Assembly: GCF_006345805.1 (NCBI RefSeq)
Contig: NC_043011.1
Coordinates: 60,214,464-60,278,463 of the forward strand
DNA: 64,000 bases
From: Octopus sinensis
Lineage: Eukaryota
Reading direction: 5' to 3'
The translations under genes and the position numbers were made by a program. Below the pieces are notes generated by a model. It was not told where the DNA came from, searched no databases, and saw only the letters and a list, made by a program, of their open reading frames with translations. Shown here piece by piece: positions 52,919 through 64,000 of this stretch (position 1 is its first letter; every line of letters starts with the position of its first letter).

Positions 52919-54027
52919 CAAAATATTAGGCATGCAATTGATGATACAGACTAGAAAGCCTAGTTGTTATATTTGTTGGAGTAAAATACAAGGCTGCATG
53001 TCTTGAAGAACTAGGAAACCTAAGTAACAAAAGTAATGATGAGCAAACAACAATGTCAAAAAGAACAACAAACCCTGTTTTCCAGAGTATCACCAGCTAA
53101 AACTCTGGAGATAGCAAGGTAATATCTTAAGACCAAGTATAACAAATAAACATACATCTCATCTTCTAACTGTACCAACCTGTACCATCATACATTGTAT
53201 GACAAGGAAGAAATAATTACAGAGAAAAATAAAAAAGGCAAAAAGGAGAAAAAAATATCGTAAGGAAAGAAAGCTCAGCACAGAATAAGAAAGACAGGTA
53301 AGAAGGAACAACTCTTCTGGTTGGAGATAAATCCCTCCTCCAGAAAACTGAAGGAAATGTAGAGGATGAACATGAACTAAGATTTACCATTCTTTGAAAA
53401 TGAAACAAACAGTTAGTAGGTAAAATTACACATCTGTGGTGTCATGGTCTTTCAGAAGTTGTAATGACTTATATACAATTAGGTTCAGATTATAAACAAC
53501 ATGCAAAAGATAGGCTGCCAGTAAAATTAAAATGATGACACTATATTGAACTTATAAAAAGAATATCTTTAAGATGTTGGTGTTACAACATTAAATACAC
53601 TTTTAAAAAATGGTGCATTTGATTAAACTTGAACACATTTTGAGAAATAGTTAAGTAAAATGGGTCAGGGAGTGCTCAACTCAATCTAACGAGTAAGCTT
53701 ACATGATTTGTTTACTTTGAAGTATTTCTTGCTTTAATTACTGTATGTTTTACCATATGCTTTTAATTATTTATGTACCAATGTGTGTGTGTGTGTGTGT
53801 GTGTTTGCCTATGTGAATATATGTAGGTGTGAGTGCATATATGCAACTTTAAAATTACTAATCCATCCTTGCATATATTGTATAACATCTTTCACCTTAT
53901 CCCTTTGGATTTATATCTATTTTTAAACACACCAAATTATTTTTTCATTCTGTGTAACTCCAAATGAAAGTTCCATATCTCTTGAAGCCCTTATGGTTAA
54001 TAAAGAAATCTTTATCATCGTTATTAC

Positions 54028-54373
54028 TAGGTGGTGAGCTGGCAGAATCATTAGCACACCAGGCGAAATGCTTAGCGGTATTTCGCCTGTTGCTATGTTG
54101 ACTTTACCTTTCATTCTTTTGGGGTCGATTAAATAAGGACCAGTTATGCACTGGGGTCCCTCCCCCAAGCTGCCCTTGTGGCAAAAATTTGAAGTAATAA
54201 TTATTATTATTATTACTAAGGTAGTGAGCTGACTGAACTGTTAGCACCTCAGACAAAATGCTTAGCATCATTTTCTCCATCTTTATGTTCTGAGTTCAAA
54301 TGCTGCCGAAGTCGACTTTACCTTTCAAATTCCAGAGGTAGACTTTGCCTTTCATCCTTTTGGGGTTGATAAA

Positions 54374-54414
<41 letters not shown>

Positions 54415-54628
54415 GGGGGCAATCTAGCAGTATCATTAACATGCCAAACAAAATGCTTAGCGGCATTTTGTCCTTCTTTTACATTCTGAGTTCAAAATCC
54501 ACTGGGGTTGATTTTGCTTTTCACCCTTTCAGGGTTGATAAAATAAGGACCAGTTGAGTACGAGGGTTGATATAATTAACTTATCCTTCCACCGAACTTG
54601 CTGGCCTTGCACCAAAATTTGAAAGCAT
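54028..54628 (+). mobile_element. Three tandem copies of SINE family B separated by (ATT)n
   Basis: Each starts ggtggtgagctggcagaatc.ttagc-like and contains gactttgcctttcatcctttcggggtcgataaaataagtaccag-like sequence (resembles the recalled Nin/Deu-type SINE domain). Confidence 0.8.
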
Positions 54629-55473
54629 TATTTTTATTAGTTTATATCCAGCTTTACCTTTCTTGGTCAATAAAATAAAGTAGTTGTCAAGTACTGGTAT
54701 TGATGGCATTCACTAATCTCCTGTCCACAAAATTGCTGGCTGTGCTTAGAAACTAAATATTATATCATTTTATAATTATATTAATTATTTTTCTGCAGAA
54801 GTTGGCAAAAGCAGAAAAATAAGTAAAAAAAAAAAAATTTCCCAAATCAATGAAAATAATTTTTTTTAAGTTAATGTGATAAAAAAAATAATAATTTGAG
54901 ATTTGAGGTGTTTTACATTTAATTTGATATACTGCTCAAAGCTAAAACTCAACACTACAAAATACTAATGGAAGTGTTTTAGCCCTGATATCAATAAAAT
55001 ATATTCATTAACAGTAAGTGGCTAATTCTATCTGTCTATTTAGTTAGTTTTGATGATTTAGATATGGAAAATATACAGGTGTGGCTGTATGGTAAGAAGT
55101 TTGTTTTGAAACTGCATGGCCCTGGGTTCAATCCCAATGTATAGCACCCTGGGCAAATGTCATCTACTATAGCTCCAGGCTGAGCTAAGTCTTCCCAGTA
55201 GATTTGGTAAACAGAAACTGAAAGAAGAGCATTGTGTATTATAAGCCTGGCTGACACACAATGTGAGAGTGCACCTTTGATGCCAGTCTGAAGAAGTGCC
55301 ACTCTAATGTTTATAACCACAAATATTGCATAAATTTTCACTGGAACTTTTGCAAGACCTAGCATTGAAAGTAGAGTTGGTACAAGAAAAATTGTAACTG
55401 GTCATTAAAGAAGTGTCAAAATCTTTCTATGTCTTCTTATATGGATTATATATATATATATATATATATATAA

Positions 55474-55638
55474 TGCGCAGGAGTGGCTGTGTGGTAAGTA
55501 GCTTGTTTACCAACCACACGGTTCCGGGTTCAGTCCCACTGCATCGCACCTTGGGCAAGTGGCTTCTACTATAGCCTCGGGCCAACCAAAGCCTTGTGAG
55601 TGGATTTGGTAGACGGAAACTGAAAGAAGCCCGTCGTA

Positions 55639-55711
<73 letters not shown>

Positions 55712-55921
55712 TTGTGTGTCTGTGTTTGTCCCCCTAGCATTGCTTGACAGCCGATGCTGGTGTGTTTATGTCCCCGTTACTTTGTGGTTCGGCAAAAAGA
55801 GACCGATAGAATAAGTACTGGGCTTACAAAGAATAAGTCCCGGGGTCAAGTTGCTCGATTAAAGGCGGTGCTCCAGCATGGCCGCAGTCAAATGACTGAA
55901 ACAAGTAAAAGAGTAAAGAGT
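55474..55921 (+). mobile_element. Near-complete young tRNA-headed SINE (family A: head, CORE-like cttgggcaagtg domain, internal TA/TG microsatellite, agtaaaag tail)
   Basis: A box tggctgtgtggtaag and B box ggttcagtccc; CpGs retained; many diverged partial copies elsewhere in the window. Confidence 0.85.
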
Positions 55922-56064
55922 AATGCCATTTTTCTGGCTGATGACTAGCATCACACTCAAAACTCAAGAGCACCAACAAATTTGTATCAAACTGTTTTGA
56001 TCCATACATCTAACTCCCAATAAATTGGTTGAGTGCTTTTCTTTCATTTGTCCACTCACTTGTG

Positions 56065-56212
56065 TATCATCATCATCATCATCATCATTGTTTAATGCCT
56101 GCTTTCCATGCTAGCATGGGTTGGATGGTTTGACTGTGGGCTGGCGAACCAGATGGCTGCACCAGGCTCCAGTCTTGATCTGGCAGAATTTCACAGCTGG
56201 ATGCCCTTCCTA
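56065..56212 (-). mobile_element. Family C 3' copy (reverse)
   Basis: (cat)n, ttccatgctagcatgggttggatggtttgac...ggatgcccttcctaa. Confidence 0.8.
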
Positions 56213-59200
56213 ATATATATATATATATATGGTGTATGTATCTTTATGTTTGTGTTTGTCCTTCATCATAGCTTGAAAAATGGTGTTGATTTGTTTATGT
56301 CCCTACAAGTTAGTGGTCTGGCAAAAAGAGACCAATGAAATTAACACCGTATAAAAAAAAAATATAAAAAGTACTGGGGGCGATTTATTTCACTAAGCTC
56401 TTCAAAGTAGTGACCCCAGCATGGCCACAGCCCAATGACTGAAACAAGTAAAAGATAAAGATAGTTCAAACAGTTAGCAAAAAAAAGAAAAGGTGTCTGA
56501 AATGGAGACTGATGCAAAGCAGAGTAAATGTCAAGTATAGCATTATGCATATGAGATGGGAGCAAAGCTAAGAACAAGAATATCTTTTATGTGAAATAAT
56601 TATATCCAGAGCACAGAACTGATGTCTTGTGTAATGATAACAAGAGATTGAGAAAGATATCAGTGTAACCTTGGCACAGCATGTCTCTGCATGCGTTCCT
56701 CTTGTGCTATCATAGATACACTACGTCTCGAATGAACAAGACAGCGTCTATACAATTACTTGACTTGTTAGCATTAACAATCCAAATTACACTCTAGTGT
56801 TTTAAAAAAGGAAATACACGTCGGATAATGTAGCTTCAGATATACAAAATGACAAGATGGACTTGGCAGGAATGCTTTTTCTCACTTGGCCTACTTGATC
56901 AATGCAAAATGAAAGATAAAGAACACACATACAAGAAACTGTTCTGTAATTCCTATGACATCTTTTTACAAGCAGGAAAAATGAGCAAGAGAGAAGATTC
57001 TTAATGGAATATTTTTTTCAAATAATCACGATATCACTGGGTTGTCTGAATCAATAGAGTGACACAAAAATAACATGGTGTTGTTGAGTTGTATAGTGTT
57101 ATATTCAAAGTTCAACTCCAGTCAATGTCAACACTGCCTTTTGTCCTTCAGGGGCTGATAAAATAAAGAACCCATCAAGTACTGGGATAAATTTAATCGG
57201 CTACGCCTTATTTTCAGTACTGTACCTCCGTTATAAATCAATAATTATGCTATGATTAGCATCTACCTCTTTAATTAATAAAATACTGTTAATTGGAAAG
57301 ACAATCAAGTATCTCCACAGAGCTATTGATTAGCTCTGAAGTTAAATTTAGAACATATCAGAGAAATCTCAATTAGGAATACCAAGTGCATTCTCTCTAT
57401 ATATATCCCCTAATTGTACTGCTAACCATTGCTCCTGCTCTGCTGTCTCTACAGCAAAGATCCTGACTTCATTTCTAAGATGAAATAAATGCTTAACTTT
57501 TCTTCTACTTCTCATTTGGGTGCCCTCAACCTGTCATTGGCCCTCTATTTGGACCAATTCATTTGCCATATTGTTGCACTCAACCTGCCAGAGTTTGAAT
57601 TTCTTTCTCTCTTATCTTCTACCTTGTGACTTGGCCATTTCAGCACACCCATGTTTTGAACTTTCTCTTTCTGCTATCTGACCTTGCAAGCTGCTCCTAT
57701 CTTTCCTGGGTTTTCACTACTATTCTTCATAAGGAATGAAGCTCAATGCAAATCTACTCATCAGAATTCCCTTGCCCTTACACACAACCAACCTATCATA
57801 TCTTCATCTCTATGCCTTACTTGTTACTTCATCTCCTTTAGGTCAGCTATTCAATGCTTTGACTGCACTTCTAACCTAATATAATGCATAACTTAAAAGC
57901 TCTGCAATGCACCCTACTTAGTAAAATAGGTTGTCATTCAGAAGGCAAGTTCTGTGAGCATTTTCTGCCCAATTAGTCCTTGCATCAGTGGTCCAACACC
58001 ATACCAACCTGAATAACATTATAGACTTGCCTATCACACATTACCACTCACTGGCTATTCCCCTCCTCACTTCCTATAAGAATTCACCTTATTTTCTGTT
58101 TTGTTTGCAATTCAGAATAAAGACAACACATGTCATAATAATCGCTCTTTCTGAAGAAGATATAGTGTCCAAAACATTAGATTATTTTGCTCCTCATAGT
58201 AAATCAACACACAGAAGAATGTCTAGGAAATTTTTTATGATTAATTTTTAACCAACACAAATCACCAGCAAATTTTTCCCAGATCCAACATTTTACCATA
58301 ATATATCTTACAGACATTGTAATTTCTAGATCTGTCTTTTCCATACTGGCATAGGTTTGACATGAATTCTTAAGGCAGTATTCTTTAGGTAGTTCTCTTC
58401 CCGATACTTCATCTTGTTTCTGATTAAAGTATTTTATTCCACAGGTTTTTATACATCAAATTGCCGAGTTGCAGAGCATACTGTTTAGATAGACCATAAA
58501 CAAATGGCACTCCTGCCCATACAGTGTCAATATAAACACACACACACACACACACAAATACAACAGGCTTCTGTATAGTTTCCATCAAAATTCCCTCATA
58601 GATCATTGGTCAACTCAAGACAATAGTGGAAGACACTTGTCCAAGGTGCCACGGAACAGGATCAAACCTGAAACCATGTGATTGTGAACTGAACTTCTTA
58701 ACCACTTAGTCATGAGTGCAGAAAAACAAAGTAATTTTTCAGTAACTGTAGATTCAGTAAAGGAGTGAGAATTTTGTCAGAAAATATTTCTTAGAAAACA
58801 TACCAATGCTTCAAATATTCTTTATTTTATCTATTTATTTATTCTTTTGTCTAAAGCATTAGATGATAGTACTGAATTCTAAACAAGGCCTTAATCTTAA
58901 CATTGATTATTAAAACACATATCCAGATGAATAGATAAAAACTATGTACCTCAAAAATAACACTTGATTTGGGACATATGGAATGATGCTGACTTGCGGT
59001 GCCATACAACACATGCAAGATTGAACAGGAGATATCTAGTAGTAATGATGGTGGCTGAGAAAATGCTGACAATGCTGGTGGCAATGGTAATGATGGTAAT
59101 GATAAAATTCCAACAAACAATGTTTAGCACCAGGTTCACCCAGTGCTAAACAATGTGTTCTTCCTACTTCAAAAGTAGAAAAAATACATTGAATGCTTTT

Positions 59201-59494
59201 AGTTCCCAGGTGAGCTTTTACAAGTAGAACTATAGTAAAAGATATTCCAGCTGTGATCCCATATTATTTTTAGACTTTCTAAAGTAGGATATAATATGAG
59301 AGCAATTTAACTGCTATTTTTATCTAGTAGGTCAAATGTCTGCATACAGGCTCCCTTGTTTTTCACCTCATCGACATGATCAATGCTGTAATATAAAATA
59401 CACCATGTGTGAATAAAACCAGACAGGATAGTCATGGTTGGGTGGAATGCCTTATATCAGAGCGCTATTCAATAACAGCTGACTTAGAGATTAA

Positions 59495-60038
59495 TTATCA
59501 TCATCATTATTATTACCACCACTACCACTGCTATCATCATCTTTGTTTTAACATCTACTTTTCCTTGCTAGCATGGGTCAGAGAGTTTTCTAAGATCAGA
59601 TGCACTTCCAGTTGCTAACCCCCCACCCAATAATTGTTTCAAGTGAGACAATAATCCATCAGTCCACTGAATCCAAACAGGTTTTATGTGGGGAAATGGA
59701 AACAAACAACATGGTTTAAGGGGACTTTTGTTTACAAAGATCATGCAACATGTCAAAATATGTCAGGAAGCTTGGATATCCTTTTGCAGGGGAGTGCAAG
59801 TCATTGACACTGGCAGGGAACCATTGTTTAGAAACCAGCAAACAGAAGGGAAACACAACACACACACACAACAGGCTTCTTCCGTTTCCATCCACCAAAT
59901 CCATATCCACTGATGAGGCTTTGGTCAGCCTAAGGCTACAGCAGAAGCTACTTGCTCAAGATGCTGTGTAGTGGAGCTGAACCAGAAACAATGTGGTCGA
60001 GAAGTTCATTTTTGAAGCATACAACCATGTCTGTGCCT
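59495..60038 (-). mobile_element. Composite SINE (A head, C2 tail)
   Basis: caggcttcttccgtttccatccaccaaatcca core and ttccttgctagcatgggtcaga tail. Confidence 0.65.
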
Positions 60039-62139
60039 ACAGCAAAAATAACAACAAATTCACATGACTGTCTCTTATATTGATCAAACATTTCCTAATC
60101 TGATATCACTGAAATGAAGAGCAGTGGGAAGAAACCCCACTGAAGTAGACACACACACACACACATGTACACACGGGAAGACATACACACATGAAAGAGG
60201 GAGGGGAAGATGAGGATGAAAGATAATCATTCTATGATATTAGTATTCTGCATGAATCTTAGTACCATATCAGAATTTGTCCCTTTAGGTAACAAACCCA
60301 ATATACAAAGAATAATGAAAATCTCAAGACTCACCCAGAATTGGAATTCAGGAAAAAAAAACAAAAAAAAACAAAACGGAAAGAAAATGAAATAGAAAAA
60401 AATTCTTTCACATCATAGATGTTTTTCTTTTCCTTTTTCCTTTTTCTTTCTGGAAAATATTTTTTATGGATATTATCTATTCTACACATGACTTTCAATG
60501 GTGCTAATTTTTTTTTATATTTTATAACTGATGTCTACATATCTAGAATGGTTTTGCTGTCAAAATGTTGAAAAAAAAAAGAGGCAAAAAGGTACGACAG
60601 TTATGGTAACAGCAGCACTGCACAGGCAAAGTAGTTGGTGTAAATATATATGTTTTTTTCCTTCCTAAAATATATGAGGAACAACAAGGAAGTTCCAGAA
60701 CTAACCATTGTTAAGTTGAAACTTAGAAACAATGTTTAGAATCAATGAGTGACTTGTTACTTCCGTATAAACTAGTTTATGTTTGAATGACTCTAAAATG
60801 ATAGAAAAATGAGAAGAAAATAGATAAAAAGAATGCATTTCTTTTTAAGCATTGAATAAAAATGATAAAAATCTGCTACAACTATGGAATTCTAAGTTTT
60901 CTCTTGCTTTTTAATCCAAATCCACTTTAAAATTAGTGTGTGTGTGTTTGTACACACAAGTAAGCACATAGGTGCAACACAAGGCAGAAAAATACTACTC
61001 GAATACCAAAGGTAGACTAACATAATATTTACTATTTCTATTTAGTGGGTGATTTTGCAGGTATTTCAGCAGGTTGAGTGACCAAATACATCCTTCATTA
61101 TTGGCTCTTGATGTTCAGCATCAAGATTAGCCATACAGAATAGATATACTTAGTAGTGCTCAAGAAGTTTAAATAAGTGGGCAGAGAAATAAATGTAAGG
61201 ATAAGCAAGTTAGGCAGGTCAATGTACAAAATATATTAAATACATGAGATACAAAAATATGTATATATGCTTATGTACAAAAAGGTCTGACTTACACAAA
61301 ATAGAAACGATATCAGGAATTAAAGGGGGTTGAAGAAGAATATTACAAATTCATCAGCTGTTTCTGGAGGCTTGGTGGTTCAAAATAATATTTGTAGGTT
61401 GATTCCATTGTTGGATGAGACGAGCATCCATCTTCAGGAAAGAGATTTTACATATAAGGTATTGACAGAAAGAAGATCAAAGATGGAATCATTAATTCTT
61501 GATATCATTTCTATTCTGTGTGAGATGGACCATTTTGTATGCAAACATACATATATATTTTGTATTTCATGTATTTAATATACTTTGTATATCGACCTAC
61601 CTAACTTTCTTATCCTTATATTTACTACTCTACCTGCTCAAGTTTAAACCTCTTGAGCACTACTAAGTGTATTTTATATGGAGAACACCTGATTCTAATC
61701 TATGAACTATCTATCTATCTATCTATCTATATACATATAAAGACATTATATATATATGTATACACACACACACATTCATACTCACCTGCCTAATGCTCCT
61801 CCTCTACTTCCACTTTCACTTCCCTATCTCTCCTATCAGTCATAGCTTCTCTTCTGCCTCTAAACCTTCTCATCTCTCTCGCCTATCACACAACTTCCAT
61901 ACTTCTCTTTTAATGTTTTTTGGGGCAGGGGGCTTGCCACCCTCATCTATTTTCTCTCCTCCATGTTCCCTCCCCTCACACCTTTCACTCATACTCTTAT
62001 AATGAAGGATAAGCCCTTGACCCCTCTCTAGATAACCCATCGTATCCAATACTGTCTCTTCTTCTCCTCCTTTTCTTATTAACCCCTAACACTAACCCCT
62101 TCTCTTTTTCCTGTCTCTTCGACACTACCCCACCTCCAA

Positions 62140-62462
62140 GTGAAGGCATGTGGCTTTATGGTCAGCAGACTTGGCTCACAATCATAAGGTCATGAGTTTG
62201 ATTCTCAGTAGCGTGTTGTGTCCTTGAGCAAGACACTTTATTTCATGTTGCTCCAGTCCACTCTGCTGGTAAAAATAAGTAGTACCTGTATTTCAAAGGG
62301 TCACCCTTGACGTATCTTATGCTGTGCTGAATCTCCCTGAGAACTACATTAAGAGTATACGTGTCTGTGGAGTGCTCAGCCACTTGCATGTTAATTTCAC
62401 GAGTAGGCTGTTCCATTGATTGGATCAGCTGGAACCCTTGTCGTTATAACTAACAGTGCCAG
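62140..62462 (+). mobile_element. tRNA-headed SINE related to family D (different tail)
   Basis: Shares gtgttgtgtccttgagcaagacactttatttca.gttgctccagt with the 22072-22415 copy; tail segment ctgtggagtgctcagccact also at ~8150-8170. Confidence 0.7.
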
Positions 62463-63199
62463 TTAACTCCTTCCTGTTAGGGACTACTCTGTTACTCTTT
62501 CCACTACCACCCTCTTAAAACTATAAATCTGTTACAGGGATGTAAACACACCCACACTGGTTGCCAGGTGGTGGGGGGCAACAAACACAGAAACAAAGAC
62601 ACACACACATGACGGTCTTCTTTCAGCTTCCATCTACCAAATCCACACATAAGGCTTTGGTTAACCCAAGGCTATAGTAGAGGACACTTGCTCAAGCTGC
62701 CCCATGTGGCTAGGAAGTAAGCTTCTTACCATACAGCTATGTCTCCACCTATATACATATATATACATATATATATATATATAATACGATTTTAATTTAC
62801 TAGGATTACATTACAACGTTTCTTCACTCTGCATAGTGTATGGGTAATAAATAACAAGAAATAACTTTCGAATGATGTTTTTTACTATGCAACATTATAA
62901 TCCAATTTAGATAACACATCTGAGTATATAAGCATTTCTTTCTTGTCAAATTACTGTAACAATTCAGAGAAAGATGAAAGAAAGAAAATGTTAGTGATCT
63001 CCGAATATGTCTGGGAAAATACTGTGAGAATATCAAGGTGGGAAAGTAATAAGTTAACAAGTAAAATTTTATTACAGAAGAAACCAAAGTCGTTCTCAAC
63101 GTCAAGCTACAATGCTGTTTAATGTATAGAAGTATATTCAAAGCTATGTAGTCCAGGGAAGATAGTTCAAAATATATAAAATAATAAAATCAACCTGAA

Positions 63200-63670
63200 T
63201 GACTGACCAGTAATGTTTGTCCTTTATGTCTCTGAAGATGGCCAGTTCTGCAGTTTGAGACTTTATGGGTCCTGAGGTGGCTTATTAGGCAAATATTGCC
63301 ATAAAACCTATGGTTACAGTGAGGGTATGTAATAGCAGAGTCAGGGCCCAGAGGGACTTTTACTTTCTGTGTGGCTTTCCTTCTTCAGTTTGTCTCATCG
63401 TTTCTGATTCTTGGAGCAGTACTCCAGAGTACACAGCATTACGCTGCAGTGAATAACCTTGAGCAAGATGTTCCTAAGGAGACTGCTCTAAGTTATACTT
63501 TTCAAGGATGTCTTGAGAGTATTTTGTATCTCTTTGGTTCATGACATGACTAAGAACCAACAGCTAGTTCACCAAAGAAAATGTTTGTGGAATCTGGCGT
63601 TGGGATTGCATGCTACATGTTCACTTCACCACAGCTAGAATTTACTAAGAAAAACATGCAAGTTCATCAT
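63200..63670 (-). mobile_element. RTE-clade LINE 3' end (RT C-terminus, zinc-finger-like tail, 3' UTR)
   Basis: Minus strand gives EHVACNPNA..., FGELAVGS, TLKTSLK and YPHCNHRFYGNICLISHLRTH, matching the RTE tail pattern LRWxGHVxRM...GEL...CPxCxR.F....GLxSHxRTH. Confidence 0.8.
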
Positions 63671-64000
63671 ATTTGCTCTCTCAAGTACCATTGAATTCAG
63701 AATTCAATCCTATAAAGAGGTGAGGGGGAAAATAAAAAAAAATTTAATAGGGACAGGTGTAGCCATATGGTAATAAGTTTGCTTCCAGACCACATGGTTC
63801 TCAGTTCAGTCCCACTGCATGGCATCTTAGGAGATTGTCTTTTACTGTAGCCTTGGGCTGACCAATGCCCTGTGAATGGATTTGGTAGATGGAAACTGAA
63901 AGAAGCCCGATGTGTGTATATATATGTGTGTATATCTTTGTGTCTGTGTTTTTCCACTATCACCACCACAAATATCCACCACCACTACATGAGGACCGCA

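Noticed and set aside
53217-53408. Minus-strand ORF MVNLSSCSSSTFPSVFWRR after an AG
   Set aside because: No donor site, and it runs into a low-complexity pyrimidine tract.
240-63969. Most ORFs in the supplied track (YIYI, CVCV, HTHT, poly-N/I/Y peptides)
   Set aside because: They are stop-free readings of TA, CA and AAT microsatellites or of SINE bodies, not genes.
1-64000. CRISPR arrays, rRNA, prokaryotic operon, promoter or terminator features
   Set aside because: Eukaryotic intronic DNA; no repeat-spacer arrays or rRNA-like sequence seen.

Overview
AT-rich, microsatellite-dense eukaryotic genomic DNA. The repeat families resemble those of octopod cephalopods (inferred from recalled Octopus SINE sequences, not verified). 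The whole window appears to be intronic within a type IV diacylglycerol kinase gene (DGKZ/DGKI/rdgA family, minus strand). Only one clearly recognisable coding exon is present (33175-33258, start of the first C1 domain), so both neighbouring introns are probably >30 kb. The rest is a layered transposable-element landscape: tRNA-headed SINEs, RTE-clade LINE fragments, two R4/Dong-like RLE fragments, three Tc1/mariner-superfamily remnants, and hAT-, piggyBac- and pogo-like MITEs. The top finding is a decayed ~1.5 kb plus-strand ORF at ~48.84-50.31 kb. Its hand-stitched translation shows motifs in the order expected for a Fanzor1 (eukaryotic TnpB-like RNA-guided nuclease): I-x-TDG, RuvC-I-like G-L-D-S-G-x5-T-A, DTY, YYGSG-x-FG. 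This is a by-eye inference needing a profile search. Also notable are a candidate recursive splice site (CAG|GTAAGT at 32455-32463), a ~190 bp diverged direct repeat bracketing the DGK exon, candidate poison exons and microexons, and inverted SINE arrays that could form long dsRNA. Repeat boundaries are approximate; almost all entries in the ORF track are microsatellite or SINE artefacts.
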